Shown here: positions 61,031 through 64,000 of the stretch, in pieces
Layout of the letters: every line of letters starts with the position of its first letter
Numbering within the stretch: position 1 is the stretch's first letter
Assembly (NCBI GenBank): GCA_046045965.1
Contig: JBJOKS010000010.1
Coordinates: 64,001 to 128,000 of the forward strand
Direction of reading: 5' to 3'
DNA: 64,000 nucleotides
Source: Cyanobacteriota bacterium
GTDB lineage: Bacteria; Cyanobacteriota; Cyanobacteriia; Cyanobacteriales; Nostocaceae
Made by a program: the position numbers and the translations under genes
Notes under the pieces: generated by a model
Told to the model about the DNA's origin: nothing
What the model saw: only the letters and a program-made list of their open reading frames with translations
Databases searched by the model: none

Positions 61031-62512
61031 ATGACATTTTGGTTTCTACTTGTACTGGGATTAGCTACTTATCTGATAGTGCAGCGCAGCGTTGCTCATA
61101 TCACCCGCACCCCAGTTTGGTTGTTATGGCTGGTATTAATGACACCAGCATTTATCTTGACCGGTTGGACGCTAATCTATGGTGCAGAACAATCACCCCC
61201 ACCAGGGTTGATTATTTGGCCTTTGGTTATCAGTCTTCTGTTATACTGGATATTATTTCTGTCGGGGTATCGAGTTCCAGAAAATACTCAGACTCCAACC
61301 CTAGCGACAGGATCACAATCAGCAAATAATCCTACCGCAGAACCATTACCAGTGCGTCCTATTGAACCAGCAGAAGAAACTAATCTGCGAAATTGTTTCC
61401 CTTGGTCTGTATACTATATTCAAAACATTGAGTATAGACCCCAAGCGGTGGTTTGTCGTGGTCAGTTACGAACCACAGCTAATCAAGCTTATCAGCAAAT
61501 TAAAACCAATATTGAAGGGCAATTTGGCGATCGCTTTCTGTTAATCTTCCAAGAAGGTATGGATGGTAAACCCTTCTTTGTCCTTGTTCCCAATACTCAA
61601 GCTGCTAGACAAAATACAAAAAACCGCAATTTAGAAAATTTCACTCAAGCAGCAACAGCACTGGGATTGTTGTTAATGACTTTAATCACCACTACCTTAA
61701 TAGGTTCGCAAATTGCGGGAATAGAACCCACGAAACTCAAAGCTGACTTCTCGCTCATTTTCAATGGTTTACCCTATGCTTTAGGGTTAATTACAATTTT
61801 GGGTATCCATGAACTTGGTCACTATTTTACAGCACGATTCCATAAAATTCGCTCAACCTTGCCTTATTTTATCCCTGTACCTTTTTTCCTGGGAACTTTT
61901 GGTGCATTTATTCAAATGCGTAGTCCAATTCCCAACCGCAAAGCTTTATTTGATGTTAGTATAGCCGGACCAATTGCCGGTTTCATTGCCACTTTACCCT
62001 TACTTTTTTGGGGTTTAGCTCATTCGGAAGTAGTACCATTAAGTGACAAAACAGGACTGTTAAACCCCAATGCTCTTAATCCCAAATATTCTATTTTATT
62101 AGCGTTAATCTCGAAATTAGCTTTGGGAAGTGAACTAACAGCAAAATCTGCTTTAGATTTACATCCTATTGCAGTCGCTGGATTTTTAGGTCTAATTGTG
62201 ACAGCATTAAATTTAATGCCCGTAGGACAATTAGATGGGGGTCATATTGTCCATGCTATGTTTGGACAACGCACCGCAGTTGTGATTGGCCAAATTGCTA
62301 GGTTGTTGTTACTCATACTTTCTTTTGTGCGGCAGGAATTTTTATTGTGGGCAATTCTATTATTATTTATTCCCTTAATTGATGAACCTGCGCTTAACGA
62401 TGTTACCGAACTAGACAACAAACGCGATGTTTTAGGGTTACTGGCAATAGCTTTATTATTGTTAATTGTACTGCCACTTCCTGAATTTTTAGCTCGTGTA
62501 TTGCAGATTTAA
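61031..62512 (+). CDS. Site-2 protease (M50)
   Basis: HELGH, NLMPVGQLDGGH. Confidence 0.93.
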   Translation: MTFWFLLVLGLATYLIVQRSVAHITRTPVWLLWLVLMTPAFILTGWTLIYGAEQSPPPGLIIWPLVISLLLYWILFLSGYRVPENTQTPTLATGSQSANNPTAEPLPVRPIEPAEETNLRNCFPWSVYYIQNIEYRPQAVVCRGQLRTTANQAYQQIKTNIEGQFGDRFLLIFQEGMDGKPFFVLVPNTQAARQNTKNRNLENFTQAATALGLLLMTLITTTLIGSQIAGIEPTKLKADFSLIFNGLPYALGLITILGIHELGHYFTARFHKIRSTLPYFIPVPFFLGTFGAFIQMRSPIPNRKALFDVSIAGPIAGFIATLPLLFWGLAHSEVVPLSDKTGLLNPNALNPKYSILLALISKLALGSELTAKSALDLHPIAVAGFLGLIVTALNLMPVGQLDGGHIVHAMFGQRTAVVIGQIARLLLLILSFVRQEFLLWAILLLFIPLIDEPALNDVTELDNKRDVLGLLAIALLLLIVLPLPEFLARVLQI

Positions 62513-62597
62513 AATGTGACAGGTGACAGAAAATAGCTTCATGCTTAGAGCAAGAGATAAATTTTCTGAATGCAAATTTTAGGAGGATAAAATCTCA

Positions 62598-63119
62598 ATG
62601 ACACAGGAATTAATAGACCTCAGAAATAGTATTTTAGAGAAGCGTTATGCTGATGCTTTAGCTATTGTAGATGAGTTAGAGGGGATGAGTAAAAAGGCAA
62701 TTTTAAGACAAATTAAGTCTTTTTTAAAGGTTTTATTAATCCATTTAATTAAGAATCAAATTGAGAAGCAGTTAACAAATTCTTGGGCTACTTCTATTAG
62801 GAATGCCATCAGAGAAGTCCAAGAAATCAATATTAAGGAAAATAAAAAATCTTACTACATCAATCAAGATGAATGGAATAATTTGATAGAAGAGGAAGTA
62901 ATTGAGGATGCTATTGCTGATGCTAGTGAGGAAGTAATGAATGGTAAATATTCACGATCACAACTATCATTAATTGTAGATAAAGATGAAATTTTAAATA
63001 TAGCAAATAGTTTTCTATTTTTAACTTATGTTCATAAACCAAAAGAATTACCAGCAATGATGGATGATTATTTAGCTCGATTAGCTGGTGGTAAAGATTG
63101 GATAAATAGGAAAAGTTAA
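62598..63119 (+). CDS. DUF29 family protein
   Basis: DELEGMSK..LLIHLIK..SWATSIRN; AGGAGG RBS. Confidence 0.75.
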   Translation: MTQELIDLRNSILEKRYADALAIVDELEGMSKKAILRQIKSFLKVLLIHLIKNQIEKQLTNSWATSIRNAIREVQEINIKENKKSYYINQDEWNNLIEEEVIEDAIADASEEVMNGKYSRSQLSLIVDKDEILNIANSFLFLTYVHKPKELPAMMDDYLARLAGGKDWINRKS

Positions 63120-63237
63120 GGAATGGATATCGCCAAAAACTCGGTATCCCTAAATCCTTCTTCTCTATTCGTAATCCCGCAACAAATGGGTAAGGGTTTA
63201 GCAATGCTAAACCCCTACTGTGTCAATCAAAAACGTG

Positions 63238-63813
63238 TTAACCTGCGGGTGCATTAACTTGATTAGCTGCTTCCATAGCTTTTGTAGATGCAGCAGTGCT
63301 ACCCATACGAATCTCAGAAGTGAAAGAAGCCATACTAAAGCCACCAAACCGCTTGAGTACACTTACCCGCATCCGTAAATTGGGACTAGCAAACCATAGT
63401 CTTTCCTCAGACCACATAGTTTCATACTCAGTAATCAGAGTTAAAGCACCATCATCACCAATTTTGTAGGTTCCTGCTACGGGTGCTTTTTCTGCATAAC
63501 CCATTTCTCGCAGTAACTTACCTTCACCGGGTTTATCTGCATCAGGTACGGTAACTAAAACGGTAGAACCTTCGTGTTTTTCCTCATCCCATTCCATTGT
63601 CCCCTTCCAGGTAACTCTCGCACCACAGGAAGCTGTACTAGGATGAACTTCATACTGTTCACACAGTTTGATCACTTCTGGATGATCTGCGGCCAGCGAC
63701 TCAATCACAATGTCTGATTTACCATCTTCTGCTTGCTTAAAGGCCAAATGGTGACTTGTCCGATGAGAAAACCATTTCCCAGCACTTAACTCAAAAAATT
63801 CTTCAATATTCAT
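63238..63813 (-). CDS. cpcS: Phycobiliprotein lyase CpcS/CpeS family
   Basis: [30 protein letters not shown]. Confidence 0.88.
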   Translation of the reverse strand: MNIEEFFELSAGKWFSHRTSHHLAFKQAEDGKSDIVIESLAADHPEVIKLCEQYEVHPSTASCGARVTWKGTMEWDEEKHEGSTVLVTVPDADKPGEGKLLREMGYAEKAPVAGTYKIGDDGALTLITEYETMWSEERLWFASPNLRMRVSVLKRFGGFSMASFTSEIRMGSTAASTKAMEAANQVNAPAG

Positions 63814-64000
63814 GAATCAAACTATCCTGGTGCAAAATACAAAGCAAGTAAGGAGTCAGGAGTCAGGAGTCAGGAGTCAGAATGTTTAAGAAATTTGTTG
63901 GTTATCAAATAGGCATTTTGGGGGTAAGCCTGAAAAAGCTGACTGCTGACGACTGATAGCTGAATGCTTACCACTTATATTATTAATTAAGTTACACAGC

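Overview
A 64-kb, AT-rich chromosomal segment from a heterocyst-forming cyanobacterium (Nostocales). Evidence: many HIP1 GCGATCGC sites, heptameric STRR tracts, and patD, apcD, petBD, cpcS and pmgA. Most of it is housekeeping (lepA, asnS, rlmD, purL/purF/purM, putA, relA/spoT, pyrE, ctpA, iscS), with small accessory modules in repeat-rich gaps. Main observations: (1) At 0.6-6.7 kb the two halves of a split photolyase-like pair are separated by three repeat-bounded modules: an FHA kinase, a PIN toxin-antitoxin pair and a kinase-GUN4 gene. Two homologous, convergent sigma70 promoter+leader units bracket the last two. The GUN4 gene ends in an A-depleted tail with an alternative-frame C-terminus and a hairpin, which resembles a diversified (DGR-like) target. 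(2) A tandem SUOX-fold/PruR-like lipoprotein is translationally coupled to a membrane class III adenylate cyclase, a candidate pterin-sensing cAMP system. (3) An orphan toxin-tip/immunity-like pair lies between two identical 44-bp direct repeats. (4) An Rpn gene has an internal RBS+ATG, a candidate gene-within-gene antitoxin. No rRNA, tRNA, CRISPR array, reverse transcriptase, integrase or intact IS was recognised. All annotation is by eye, with no database searches.
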